DNA of 64,000 bases from an uncultured Holophaga sp. (GCA_963664825.1 OY761614.1:1984001-2048000), one strand, 5' to 3'. Positions 9,443 to 19,389 are shown, counted from the stretch's first letter. Numbers and translations: made by a program. The notes: generated from the letters alone by a model not told the origin.

Positions 9443-10561
9443 ATGTTTGAATGCATCATCATTGGCGCCGGGCCCGCAGGGGCCGCCGCGGCCTATCAGC
9501 TGGCCAGGGCAGGGCATTCGGTCCTGGTCCTGGAAAGGGAATCCCGGCCAGGCCTCAAACCCTGCGGCGGGGGCGTCTCGCCGGAAGTGGCCCAGTGGTT
9601 CGATTTCGATTTCGAACCTGCCATCAATGCCAAGATCGATCACTTCCGCTTCACCCTGGAAGGCGGGGACCCCGTGGAGGTCCAGCTGGATACCCGGGAG
9701 CCCCTGTGGCTGGTGCGGCGGGAAGTCTTCGACGCCTTCCTGATGGCCCAGGCCCGGGCTCAAGGGGCCGAGCTGCAGGAGGGCTGTCCGGCCTTGAATC
9801 TGCGCTTCGAGGAGGGGGCCTGGACCGTGGAGACCCCCCGGGGTCCCCAGCGGGGTCGCTACCTGGTGGCTGCCGACGGCGCCAAGGGCACCATGGCCAG
9901 GGCGCTGGGTTTCCTCCAGCGCCGCTACCGCATGGCCGGGGCCATCGAAGCGGAATGCCCCACTCCCGGGCCCTCGGAGTTGCCCCTCTGCCTGGATTTC
10001 GGCACGGTGGGCAGTGGCTACCTCTGGAACTTCCCCAAGGCCGATGGACAGTCCCTGGGCATCGGCGTCATGCGGGGCCCTCAGGACAGGAATCTCCGGG
10101 GCCTCCTCCGGGCGTATTGTGCGGGCTTCGGGGTGGAGATGGCGCGTTGCGCCATGGCGGCCCATCCCCTCGTCCTCTGGGACGGCGACCAGGAGCTGCA
10201 CACCCAGCAGGCGCTCCTGGCGGGGGAGGCCGCCTGCATCGTGGACCCCTTCACCGCCGAGGGCATCAGGCCTTCCCTGCTCACGGGTCTGCGGGCCGCG
10301 AAGGCCATCCACGGGGCCCTCTCGGGGGAAGACCGGGCCCTGGAAGGCTATACGGCCGCCATCCAGCGGGAGATCGGTGGGGAGATGATCTGGGCCCGGC
10401 GCCTGGCGGCCCTCTTCTTCCGCCTGCCCTCCCTGGGATACCGGGTGGGCGTGAAACACTCCGGCAGCCCGGAGTGCATGGCCAGGCTGCTCTGCGGCGA
10501 AGTGCGCTATTCCCAGGTGGCCCAGCGGGCCATCACCCGACTCAGCGGCGGGCTATTCTGA
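9443..10561 (+). CDS. Geranylgeranyl reductase family FAD-dependent oxidoreductase
   Basis: GAGPAG, KPCGGGVS, AADGA, GYLWNFPK and AGEAACIVDPFTAEGIRP. Confidence 0.88.
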   Translation: MFECIIIGAGPAGAAAAYQLARAGHSVLVLERESRPGLKPCGGGVSPEVAQWFDFDFEPAINAKIDHFRFTLEGGDPVEVQLDTREPLWLVRREVFDAFLMAQARAQGAELQEGCPALNLRFEEGAWTVETPRGPQRGRYLVAADGAKGTMARALGFLQRRYRMAGAIEAECPTPGPSELPLCLDFGTVGSGYLWNFPKADGQSLGIGVMRGPQDRNLRGLLRAYCAGFGVEMARCAMAAHPLVLWDGDQELHTQQALLAGEAACIVDPFTAEGIRPSLLTGLRAAKAIHGALSGEDRALEGYTAAIQREIGGEMIWARRLAALFFRLPSLGYRVGVKHSGSPECMARLLCGEVRYSQVAQRAITRLSGGLF

Positions 10562-10616
10562 GAAGGACGATCCAGGTCGCGAGTTCAGGGCGCGTCCTCC
10601 ACCCTTCGAGGCCCTA

Positions 10617-11597
10617 TTGTTCGAATCCATCACCCTCCAAGATCACCGCATACAGCCCGCGCTCTTCCTGGCGCCCATGGCGGGGGTCACGAATTCGGCC
10701 TTTCGGCGCCTGCTGGCGGATTTCGGGGGCTACGGCGCCCTCTTCACGGAGATGCTCTCAGCCTCGGCCTTCCTCCAGGATAAGACCGACGAAAGCCCCT
10801 TCACCAAGCGCCGGGCCTGCGAGGGCCATGTCATCTACCAGTTCCGGGTCTCCGGCGAGGAGGATCTGGAGGCGGTGCTGGCCCGCATGGTGGGGATCGA
10901 TTACACCGCCATCGATCTCAATCTGGGTTGCCCGGCCCCGGAGATTCAGCAGAAGGCCTCCGGCGCGGCCCTATGGCGGGATTTCCCGCGCTTGAAGGAG
11001 GTCCTGGAACGCCTCCGAAGATGTTACGACGGCCCCCTCACGGTGAAATGCCGCCTGGGGGATGATCCCGATACCTGGCGGACAAGTTTCATAGAACGGC
11101 TGCGGCTCTTCGAGGATTGCGGCGTCCAGGCCATCACCGTGCATCCCCGCTTCTCCACGGAAAAGCTCAAGCGCCGGGCCCGGTGGAGTGAATTTCCCTG
11201 GATCGCCGCCCAGACGAGGCTGCCCATCATCGGCAATGGCGACGTGTGCTCCCTCAGGGACGTGGAGGACCACCGAGCCCTCTTCGAGCCCCTGGCGGGC
11301 CTCATGCTGGGGCGCATCGTCGCGGTGAAGCCCTGGATCTTCCGGGAATTCGCTGGGCTCCCGCCTCTAGAGATCGATCACGCCGAAGTGTGGGACCGCC
11401 TCTACCGCTACACGCTGGAAGACTTTCCCCCGGAGCGGGCCTTTGGCCGCCTGAGGGAATTCACCTCCTACTTCGCCCAGAACTTCTTCTTCGGCCACGA
11501 ACTCCACAAGGGTATCCAGAAGGCCACCACCTCAAGCGGTATCCGCGAGGCGGCCCTGAAATTCCTGGAAGGGAAGCCCCAGCTCAGCGGAGCTTGA
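10617..11597 (+). CDS. dus: tRNA-dihydrouridine synthase family protein
   Basis: LAPMAGVT, DLNLGCPA, TVKCRLG, TVHPR and IGNGDV; TTG start. Confidence 0.88.
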   Translation: MFESITLQDHRIQPALFLAPMAGVTNSAFRRLLADFGGYGALFTEMLSASAFLQDKTDESPFTKRRACEGHVIYQFRVSGEEDLEAVLARMVGIDYTAIDLNLGCPAPEIQQKASGAALWRDFPRLKEVLERLRRCYDGPLTVKCRLGDDPDTWRTSFIERLRLFEDCGVQAITVHPRFSTEKLKRRARWSEFPWIAAQTRLPIIGNGDVCSLRDVEDHRALFEPLAGLMLGRIVAVKPWIFREFAGLPPLEIDHAEVWDRLYRYTLEDFPPERAFGRLREFTSYFAQNFFFGHELHKGIQKATTSSGIREAALKFLEGKPQLSGA

Positions 11598-13101
11598 AGT
11601 TCTCGGTGAGCTTGAACCGGGCCCTCACGGCCTTGCCGTTGAGTTTGGCCGGTTCGAAGGACCATTCGAGGGCGTATTGCAAGGCTGTCATCAGAAGTTC
11701 CGGAGGCCCCTGGTGGACGAGGCCTCGAGTGGGCCGCCCCTCTTCGTCGATCTCGATCACCACCACCACGGTGCCCTGGATGCGCTTCTGGTGGGCTCCT
11801 TCTGGGTAGGGGGGCCTGGGCGGCTGGCGCTTGATCTTGATCTGGCTGTAATCCAGCTCAGCGGTGTCAGCCTCCTGGAGCCCGGGAGGAGCCACCTCAA
11901 ACATGGGATTCCCCGGATGAGGGGGATCCACCGTGGCTCGGATCACGTCCTTGACGGACTTGAGCAGGCTTTCCTGGAATCCCCCTTCGCCCCGCTGCCC
12001 CGCGACCACCCCGCACCGGACGATGGCGAGCGGGTTTGCAGGATTGACGACTTCTAGATTCCGATCCGAATAGCTCGATAGCCGGGCTCGCACCCCGTAG
12101 ACACAGAGACCTCCCCGGCTCCAGAGGGTTTCGATCTGGATCTGCAGATGCCGGAGTCCAGGGTCCTCGGCGGAGGGGCCTTCCACCAATTGCACGCCCT
12201 CCCGAAGCAGCATTTCCCGTACCGTCCGGCTCACGAGGTCTCCCTTTGGCTGAAGACGGGGTTCCTTCAAGCTTCCATCCATTACTTCCAGGACGATCCT
12301 GGAAGCCTTGCAGATGGGGGGAAGCCCATAGTGGAGGGAAAGATCGAAGATCAGGGGGGCCCGTTCCCGGAATTTCGGAGGCACCTGGAATCTCAGACCG
12401 GAGGCATAGGCAAGGGCCGTCTCCGCGAGAGAGGGGGCGCCTTCCGTGACCGTAGCCTGGACCACACGGCCCGTGGAATCCACCTGCACCTCGCAGGAGA
12501 CATAGCCTCCCACACGCATGACCCTGGCCTCCCAGGGGTATTCCAAGGGAGGAACCGCGCCCTCCAACTTCATCTCCTTGCCCTCCACACGCGTGATACC
12601 GGAGGGATTGGGCGGTAGCACCCACCTGGGCTCGGAGTTCCCCGACTTGGCCTTCTGGGATTTCAGTAGGAGATCCCGGATCAGGGCCAGGGAGGCCTGG
12701 TTTAGGGAATCTGCGAGGCGATGCTTGTCCCGGAAAATTGTCTGGCTGGAAACCTCCTTCACTGGGGAGGAAGGCTCGGCGCCAACAGAGGGAATGGCGC
12801 TGAACCGAGCTCGCACGGTCATTCTAGTGGTCTCCTTGTTCCATCCAGAGGTGGCCGTCAGCCAAAGTTGGGGAAGCCCCTTGGTGTCATTGCCCGCCGG
12901 GACCAGATCGATGCCTTCGGGGAGGAGTCCCGCTCGGAGGGTCTCCCTCAAGGGCGGAAGAAGTGGGCGCAGGGTCGCATCGGTGGCGTCTGCCTCGAAT
13001 TTGAGGGCCACGCGCCGCAGCAAAGCTGGCTCTCCCGCGGCAGCGAAGGTGGCGATTCCAAGGCAAAGGGCACAGCGCCGCCAGCAACGGGACACGAGCA
13101 T
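11584..13101 (-). CDS. TonB-family protein with two TonB C-terminal domains
   Basis: YPWEARVMRVGGYV..EVQVDSTGRV and YPEGAHQKRIQGTVVVVIEIDEEG...W.FEPAKLNGKAV; N-terminal signal peptide. Confidence 0.8.
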   Translation of the reverse strand: MLVSRCWRRCALCLGIATFAAAGEPALLRRVALKFEADATDATLRPLLPPLRETLRAGLLPEGIDLVPAGNDTKGLPQLWLTATSGWNKETTRMTVRARFSAIPSVGAEPSSPVKEVSSQTIFRDKHRLADSLNQASLALIRDLLLKSQKAKSGNSEPRWVLPPNPSGITRVEGKEMKLEGAVPPLEYPWEARVMRVGGYVSCEVQVDSTGRVVQATVTEGAPSLAETALAYASGLRFQVPPKFRERAPLIFDLSLHYGLPPICKASRIVLEVMDGSLKEPRLQPKGDLVSRTVREMLLREGVQLVEGPSAEDPGLRHLQIQIETLWSRGGLCVYGVRARLSSYSDRNLEVVNPANPLAIVRCGVVAGQRGEGGFQESLLKSVKDVIRATVDPPHPGNPMFEVAPPGLQEADTAELDYSQIKIKRQPPRPPYPEGAHQKRIQGTVVVVIEIDEEGRPTRGLVHQGPPELLMTALQYALEWSFEPAKLNGKAVRARFKLTENFKLR

Positions 13102-13169
13102 TCTCCTCAGGGGCTTGCACCCATTCTAGGGACCGACTCCGTCCGGGGCGCATAGGAATTCCGGTCGCC

Positions 13170-14285
13170 TCAGGGTTTGCCCTCCACGAAGGCCACGCCG
13201 GGGTAGGTGACGAAGTGATAGAGGTTCGCCGGTGTGAGGGTGCCCATGCCGAGCGCCTTCACGGGCAGGGGGGGTGTATCCACGGAGCTGCCGAAGGCGA
13301 CAGGAAGGCCCGTGGGCGTGGGCTGGCCCAGGGCCTTGGCCGTGGAATCCAGGAGCAGCATGCCGAAGGGAATGGCGAAGCGCCCGCACCAGGTGGCCCG
13401 GTATTCGTCGGGCCTCTCGGGGTTCACGCAGGCCTTGAAAAATTCCAGGGCCTTGCCTGGGGAGATGGGTCCGGAGAGCGCTCCCTTGAGCAGCGCCCTA
13501 TCCCGGGCCGTGGTCTGGAGGTAGGCCTCGACGCCCCCTTCACCGAAGGGCGTGTATTTGAAATCGCTGCCGTAGTGGGTGCCATCGGAAGAGATGACGA
13601 TGGCCACGTCCTTCCCTAGCCTCAGGCCCCGCCCCTTCATGAGCACCGCCAGCGCGCTTCCCAGATGGGAGGCCAGGGCCTGGAAGCGTTCGAAGGAGGC
13701 TGCGGGCACGAGGATGGGGAGGATCTCCAGATCGGATCGCTGGTGCCTGAGCCAGTAGGCGATGGCCTCCAGGCTGTGTTCGCTATCGTGGCTGGCGTCG
13801 CCCTGGGTGAATTCCCCTGCCGGGAGCAGGAGCCGAAGGGCCTCTCGCAGGGGAGAGACCGGGATGGGGCCATCCGGGGATCGCCAGGCGGGGTAGGCCT
13901 CGAGCACGATTCGGTCCCGGGCCCCGAAGCGGCGGTATTTGTGGAAGGTCCCCACCAGCACGATGGTCTTGGCCGTCACCAAGGGGATGATCCTCCGGTA
14001 GATGCGGCCCGCGTACAGGTAGTCGTCGTGGGGGAGGATGGCGCCTGCCACGCCGGGGGCGGGCAGGGGGCCGAAGGCTTCGGGCAGGGGCGGCGCCTGG
14101 GCCAGGGTCCAGACCTGGGCCATCTGTTCGGCGGTGGAGGCGTATCCCAGGCTGTCCTGCTGGCCCCGCAGGGTCTCCGTGGAGGGGATGCCCATGGCCT
14201 GGCGCACCTCCTGCAAGGTGGGCACCTGGCCCCCCAGGAGGCTGGAGACGAGGAGACAGGAAAAGCAGGTGAGCATGCGAACCAT
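13170..14285 (-). CDS. MEMO1 / AmmeMemoRadiSam protein B family, with signal-peptide-like N-terminus
   Basis: ILPHDDYLYAG, GTFH, EHSLE, ISSDGTHYG and TWCG motifs. Confidence 0.82.
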   Translation of the reverse strand: MVRMLTCFSCLLVSSLLGGQVPTLQEVRQAMGIPSTETLRGQQDSLGYASTAEQMAQVWTLAQAPPLPEAFGPLPAPGVAGAILPHDDYLYAGRIYRRIIPLVTAKTIVLVGTFHKYRRFGARDRIVLEAYPAWRSPDGPIPVSPLREALRLLLPAGEFTQGDASHDSEHSLEAIAYWLRHQRSDLEILPILVPAASFERFQALASHLGSALAVLMKGRGLRLGKDVAIVISSDGTHYGSDFKYTPFGEGGVEAYLQTTARDRALLKGALSGPISPGKALEFFKACVNPERPDEYRATWCGRFAIPFGMLLLDSTAKALGQPTPTGLPVAFGSSVDTPPLPVKALGMGTLTPANLYHFVTYPGVAFVEGKP

Positions 14286-14402
14286 GGCTTCCTCCGAAGC
14301 ATAGGAAAAGTGTCCCGGAGGAGATCGAATGCGCCAAGCATTCATGTTGTAATTCCAAGTAGGATCTCTTCCCAGAACAAGAGCTCCCAGAAAGTGGTGT
14401 TT

Positions 14403-16586
14403 ATGAAACCCGATCTTCCAACTCTGGTTTTCATCCTGGGTCTGACCTGCCTCACGGAAGTCATTGCCATTTCTTCCCAATATGTCGTGAACAAGATCTA
14501 TCGCGGGATCGGATGGTGGCTGCTGGGTTCCATGTCCATGGCACTGGGCTTTATCCTGCTGCCGCTGGATTCGATGCCCGGTCTTGGAAATGTTTCCGTC
14601 ATTGGAATCCCCTTGTTGGTCCTCGGACACCTCTGCTTTTTAATCGGCATCATCAGGTTTCTAGGTAAAAAAGAAAAAACATGGATGCTTATCTCGTCCT
14701 ACATGCTTGCCATCGGGTTGTACTACTATTTTATGTTCGGCCATGACAGCATTTCGGCCCGTACCATAATTGCATCCGGGACCATCGCCCTGCTCTCATT
14801 TCTGATTTCATTCACATTGCTCTCCAACAAAAATCGGCAATTTGCCGCCTCTGCGCGCTTCAACGCGATCGTTTTCCTCGTGTTTGGATCCTATCTAATC
14901 GTGAATTGCCTCTACACCGTATTCCATAAACCTTTGCAATCCTATTTGGACTATTCCCTTCTTCAAACGGCAGCATTCATCATTCCTGTCGTCTTCAGCT
15001 CTCTCTGGACCTTCGGGTTCATCCTCATGGTCAATCAGCGCCTGAGCACCGAAAATTGTGAAGAAAAGGAAAACCTGCAACGGGTCTTCAACACGGGGCC
15101 AGATGCGGCCCTGATCTCACGCCTGGAGGATGGTGCCTGCGTCGATGCGAATCTGGGATTCTTGACGATGACCGGCTACTCCCGTGTCGAGCTGCTGGAG
15201 AATCCTGCCCTCGGGACCAGCCTCTGGCAGGACTCGGAGGATCGACGGCATTTCGTGGCCCAGCTGAAGGAAAAGGGTTCCTGTGAGAACCAGGAATTCA
15301 CCTTCCGACGGAAGGATGGCTCCACCTATGCCGGCATGATCTCGGCCAGGTCCCTCACCATGGACGGCATTCCCCACATCATCAGCGTGACCCGGGATAT
15401 CACCGAGCACAGGAGGGCCGAGGCCGAAAAAGTGGAATTGGAGGCCAAGAACCGCCAGCTCCAGAAGGCGGAGAGCCTGGGCCGGATGGCCGGGGCCATC
15501 GCCCACCACTTCAATAATCAGCTTCAATCGGTGATGAGTAATCTGGAACTGGCCAGCCTGCCGAATACGGGCATCGATCCGGTCAAATGCCTCAGCCGAG
15601 CCAAACTGGCCGCGGAACGAGCGGCCAGGGTGAGTCACCAGATGCTGGTCTACCTGGGGCAGGCCTCCAGCGAATTGGAACCCTGTTTTCTTTCCGAGCT
15701 GTGCAGACCCAGCCTCCAGGGCCCCCTGCCGGGAAACGTCAGATTGGAGACGGCACTCCCTTCACCGGGTCCCATCGTCAACGCAGACGCGGCCCAGATC
15801 CAACAGGTGCTGGGCAATCTGATCACCAACGCCTGGGAGGCCCTGGGGGATGTCCCAGGAACCATTGGCCTCGGTCTCAGGGTCTGCTCCGCCGAGGAGA
15901 TCCCCGGGACCCATCGCTTTCCGATCAATTGGCAGGCCAGGGATTTGGAATACGCCTGCCTGGAGGTGAAGGACAGCGGCTGCGGCATGGCCGCAGCCGA
16001 TATCGAGAAGGCCTTCGATCCCTTCTTCACCACCAAGTTCACGGGCCGGGGCCTGGGCCTTCCCGTCGTGCTTGGAATCGTCCAGTCCCACGGTGGAGTC
16101 GTGTCCGTGGAGAGTCGACCGGGCGAGGGGAGCGTTTTCCGAGTCCATCTCCCGATCTGCGCTGCGGCGGAGGCCCCCATGCCGGTGGCCCAGGCCCAGC
16201 GTGCGGAGCTCGTGTGCAGCGGAACCCTGCTCTTGGTCGATGACGACAGGTTCCTCCTCGAATGCACCGGCGCCATGATCGAGCGCATGGGTTTCACCCT
16301 GCTCACCGCCAAGGATGGCGTCGAGGCGGTGGAGGTCTTCCGGCGGCACAGGGACCAGATCCGCTGCGTGATCACGGACCTGACCATGCCGCGCATGGAT
16401 GGATGGGAGACTCTCACGGCCCTGCGCCAACTGGAGCCGAGCCTGCCCGTGATCCTGGCCAGCGGCTACGACAAGAGCCAGGTCATGGCCGGTGCTCACC
16501 CCCATCGCCCCCAGGTCTTCCTGGGCAAGCCCTTCAGTCTCCGGCAACTCCAGGAGGCCCTGACTCAGGTCCTGCAGGGTGTCTGA
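14403..16586 (+). CDS. Hybrid sensor histidine kinase: ~7 TM, PAS, HisKA, HATPase, receiver
   Basis: RDITEHRRAE, GAIAHHFNN, NLITNA, DSGCGM, FDPFFTTKFTGRGLGL, LLVDDD and TDLTMPRMDG. Confidence 0.92.
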   Translation: MKPDLPTLVFILGLTCLTEVIAISSQYVVNKIYRGIGWWLLGSMSMALGFILLPLDSMPGLGNVSVIGIPLLVLGHLCFLIGIIRFLGKKEKTWMLISSYMLAIGLYYYFMFGHDSISARTIIASGTIALLSFLISFTLLSNKNRQFAASARFNAIVFLVFGSYLIVNCLYTVFHKPLQSYLDYSLLQTAAFIIPVVFSSLWTFGFILMVNQRLSTENCEEKENLQRVFNTGPDAALISRLEDGACVDANLGFLTMTGYSRVELLENPALGTSLWQDSEDRRHFVAQLKEKGSCENQEFTFRRKDGSTYAGMISARSLTMDGIPHIISVTRDITEHRRAEAEKVELEAKNRQLQKAESLGRMAGAIAHHFNNQLQSVMSNLELASLPNTGIDPVKCLSRAKLAAERAARVSHQMLVYLGQASSELEPCFLSELCRPSLQGPLPGNVRLETALPSPGPIVNADAAQIQQVLGNLITNAWEALGDVPGTIGLGLRVCSAEEIPGTHRFPINWQARDLEYACLEVKDSGCGMAAADIEKAFDPFFTTKFTGRGLGLPVVLGIVQSHGGVVSVESRPGEGSVFRVHLPICAAAEAPMPVAQAQRAELVCSGTLLLVDDDRFLLECTGAMIERMGFTLLTAKDGVEAVEVFRRHRDQIRCVITDLTMPRMDGWETLTALRQLEPSLPVILASGYDKSQVMAGAHPHRPQVFLGKPFSLRQLQEALTQVLQGV

Positions 16587-16649
16587 GGGCCTTTCCCTGC
16601 CACGCCCCCACCCCTTGTGGTAAACCAAGCCCATCTCCCTGGAGCCATC

Positions 16650-17204
16650 ATGCTGCCTGCCACCACCGCCCTCCTGCTCATCGATTGCCAGAAGGCCTGG
16701 GACGACCCCTATTGGGGCGAGCGCAACAACCCCGGCGCCGAAGGGCAGATCACGAGGCTCCTGGCGGCCTTCCGGGCCTCCGGGAGGCCCGTGCTCCACG
16801 TGAAACACAATGCCAAGGATCCCCATTCGCCCCTTCACCCGGGCGAACCCGGCAACGGCTTCAAGCCTGAACTGGCGCCCCTTCCCGGGGAAGCCATCTT
16901 CGAGAAGAACGTCCACAACGCCTTCCTGGGCACGGGCCTGGAGGCCTACCTGCGGGAGCGGGAGATCGACCGCGTGGTGATTGCGGGCTTCATCACCAAC
17001 TGGTGCGTATCCAGCACGGCGCGCATGGCCAATAACCTGGGCTTCAAGGTGGTCGTCCTCCACGACGCCTGCGCCACCTTCCCCTTCGAGGATCCCTTCG
17101 GCCAGATGGTGGATGCCGAGACCCTGCATCGGGTGGGCCTCACCGAACTCCACGGCGCCTTCGCCATGGTGCTGGGCACGGAGGATCTGCTGAGCATGGT
17201 TTAG
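16650..17204 (+). CDS. Isochorismatase-family cysteine hydrolase
   Basis: ALLLIDCQ, FEKNVHNAF, GFITNWCVSSTAR and DACAT; GGAG RBS. Confidence 0.9.
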   Translation: MLPATTALLLIDCQKAWDDPYWGERNNPGAEGQITRLLAAFRASGRPVLHVKHNAKDPHSPLHPGEPGNGFKPELAPLPGEAIFEKNVHNAFLGTGLEAYLREREIDRVVIAGFITNWCVSSTARMANNLGFKVVVLHDACATFPFEDPFGQMVDAETLHRVGLTELHGAFAMVLGTEDLLSMV

Positions 17205-17246
17205 GGGGATCGCTTGCCTTGGACCTCATTCCCGGAGCCGGGAGGT

Positions 17247-17870
17247 TCAGTCCTCCACCAGCACGGCCCGCACGGGGGAACCGTCGCCCCCTTGGATCCG
17301 AAGAGGCAGTGCGATGAGCGTGTAGAGCCCCGGCGGCACCTCCTTCAGGCAGAGGCCCTCCAGGCAGCGGAGGCCCCTTTCGAAGAGGGCGTGATGGCTC
17401 TCCAGGCGCTCGGAATCGAAGGGATCTACCGAAGGCGTATCCAGGCCCAGGAGCACGCAACCCTGGTCCCCGAGGTGGTGGACCAGTTCCGGCGAGAGGG
17501 CGTTGAATGCCTGGGTGAAGACCTGGGGATCCGGGTACGAGGCCGTCTTGAAGAGCACACGGGGAGCCCGCACCGGTTCCTTGAGATGGCTCGGGAGGAT
17601 CCGCGCTCCCGGGGGCAGGCCCACCTCGATGACCTGGCAGGGACCGAGGAAGGGCGATAGTTCCAGCGCGTCGATGGTCTGGCCGCCCTGGACCACATGG
17701 GAGGGCGCGTCGGCGTGGGTGCCTGCGTGCAGCGTTGTATGGATGGAACTCACTTCCGAGAAATGGCCGCCCTCCTGGTGGATCTGAATGTCCCGGCTGA
17801 AGGGCACATCCCCGGGCCACACGGCCAGTCTTGGGGAGAGGGGGGCCGTGATATCGAAGATGCGCGCCAT
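17247..17870 (-). CDS. kynB: Cyclase family / kynurenine formamidase (KynB-like)
   Basis: WPGD, HAGTHADAPSH, GLDTPSVD, LEGL and DGSPVRAVL. Confidence 0.82.
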   Translation of the reverse strand: MARIFDITAPLSPRLAVWPGDVPFSRDIQIHQEGGHFSEVSSIHTTLHAGTHADAPSHVVQGGQTIDALELSPFLGPCQVIEVGLPPGARILPSHLKEPVRAPRVLFKTASYPDPQVFTQAFNALSPELVHHLGDQGCVLLGLDTPSVDPFDSERLESHHALFERGLRCLEGLCLKEVPPGLYTLIALPLRIQGGDGSPVRAVLVED

Positions 17871-17937
17871 GGCAGGACTCCGGCTTTTCCTCCAGTGTGA
17901 ACCATATGAATGCCGGGGAGGGGTTATCCTCAGGGTC

Positions 17938-19389
17938 ATGGACGCTCCGCTGCTGCTCGCCCTGGCCCATGCGCGCCTGCGCGCCGGGGAGGGCTTCGTT
18001 CAGGCGGTATGGGCCTCCCCCCGAGCGCTGGCGCTCACCTGGGCGCCGGAGCGGAGGGCTGAACTGGGGCCGGGCCTGACTTGGGTCTTCCTGCTCAATC
18101 CCTCCCCTGAACTCTGGATGCTCCACGAGAAGGACCCCGCCCTGGAGACGCTGAAGGCGGAATCCAAGGGCGATCTCTCCCGACGCTGGGGCCAGGAACT
18201 GAAGGGGGCGCGCCTCGAAGAGGTGGAGGGCGACCCCAGGGAACGCTGGCTGGCCTTGAATTTCCGGCGCCGGGCGGTGACCGGACGGATCGAGGTGATG
18301 CGGCTCTGCTTCCAGGCCATTCCCGGCCGCGGCGGCCTGCGCCTGGATGGCCTGGATCTCAATCCGGCGCGCATGGGCATGGGCGCCCTCTTTGCCGCCA
18401 CGGCCCCGGAACCCCAGGGGGATCCGCCGCCCCTTCGCCGCTGGCAGGAGCGCTTCGGGGAGGCCTTGGACCGGGCGCTGGCGGGGGAAGTCCCGGAAAT
18501 CCTGCCCGGGGAAGGCTCCCTACTGGCCCGCCATCGCTTCTGGTCCCTGGAAAGGGCCCAGAAGCTCATCCTCGCGCCGCGTCAGGCCACCGTGGACCGT
18601 CGGTTGCTGAAGGAACGGGCCCGTCTTGAACGCTACGAGGAGGCCCTGAAGGGGGACCGCGCGCGCCACCAGGCCGCCCTTCCCTTGAGGGAGAAGGCCC
18701 AGGCCCTGTCTGCGGAACTGTGGCATCTCAAGGGGGCCCAGGGGCGGGTCGAACTCGCCGATGGCCAGGTGATCGAGCTGCCCCTGGGGCTCCGGGCCGA
18801 AGGGGCCGCCCAGAAGTGGTTCTCCGCGGTGAAACGCGCCGAGCGGGGCCTGCAGCGGGTCGAAGAGCTGGAGCGGGAGCGGGCTCGGCAGTGCCTGGAA
18901 TTGGAGGCCCAGCTGGCGGCGCCTCCTCTGCCGCCTTCCCCCAAGCAAACGACAAAGCATGTCCAACCTAAGAAGGATGGGAAACGCATGGAACTGGGTA
19001 ATAAGCGGGAGGACAGGCGCTCCAACGGCAAGGGCAAGGCCTTTCGCAGCCAGATGGTGGATGGCTGGGAGGTCATCATCGGCAAGGGGGATTCGGATAA
19101 CGACACCCTCACCTTCAAGGTGGCATCAAGCCTGGATTTCTGGTTCCACGTGGCCGGAGTGCCGGGCAGTCACGTCGTCATCCGCAATCCCGATCGCATC
19201 ACCGAGCCCCCTCGGGAGGTGCTGGAACGCGCCGCCCAGTTGGCGGCCTTTTTCTCCAAGGCTCGGGATGGTGGCAAGGTGGAGGTCCACTGGTGCCGGG
19301 TGGCCGACGTCTCCAAGCCCCGGGGCTTCCCGCCAGGCAAGGTCATGCTGAAGACCTATAAGAGCCTGCGGGTGTACCCCAAGGAATAG
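17938..19389 (+). CDS. NFACT / Rqc2 (FbpA-like) protein with C-terminal NFACT-R RNA-binding domain
   Basis: IIGKGDSDNDTLT, WFHVAGVPGSHVVI, AAQLAAFFSK and VSKPRG.PPG.V; coiled-coil middle region. Confidence 0.8.
   Translation: MDAPLLLALAHARLRAGEGFVQAVWASPRALALTWAPERRAELGPGLTWVFLLNPSPELWMLHEKDPALETLKAESKGDLSRRWGQELKGARLEEVEGDPRERWLALNFRRRAVTGRIEVMRLCFQAIPGRGGLRLDGLDLNPARMGMGALFAATAPEPQGDPPPLRRWQERFGEALDRALAGEVPEILPGEGSLLARHRFWSLERAQKLILAPRQATVDRRLLKERARLERYEEALKGDRARHQAALPLREKAQALSAELWHLKGAQGRVELADGQVIELPLGLRAEGAAQKWFSAVKRAERGLQRVEELERERARQCLELEAQLAAPPLPPSPKQTTKHVQPKKDGKRMELGNKREDRRSNGKGKAFRSQMVDGWEVIIGKGDSDNDTLTFKVASSLDFWFHVAGVPGSHVVIRNPDRITEPPREVLERAAQLAAFFSKARDGGKVEVHWCRVADVSKPRGFPPGKVMLKTYKSLRVYPKE

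Noticed and set aside
9451..10995. Long alternative-frame and antisense ORFs (e.g. 9451-10995, 56170-57798, 58866-60230)
   Set aside because: Shadow ORFs typical of high-GC DNA; they overlap well-supported genes and have no recognisable motifs.
13665..14630. Extended overlapping N-termini given by the ORF track for the kinase and MEMO genes
   Set aside because: Downstream starts (14403 and 14285) remove the overlap and leave a plausible divergent promoter region.
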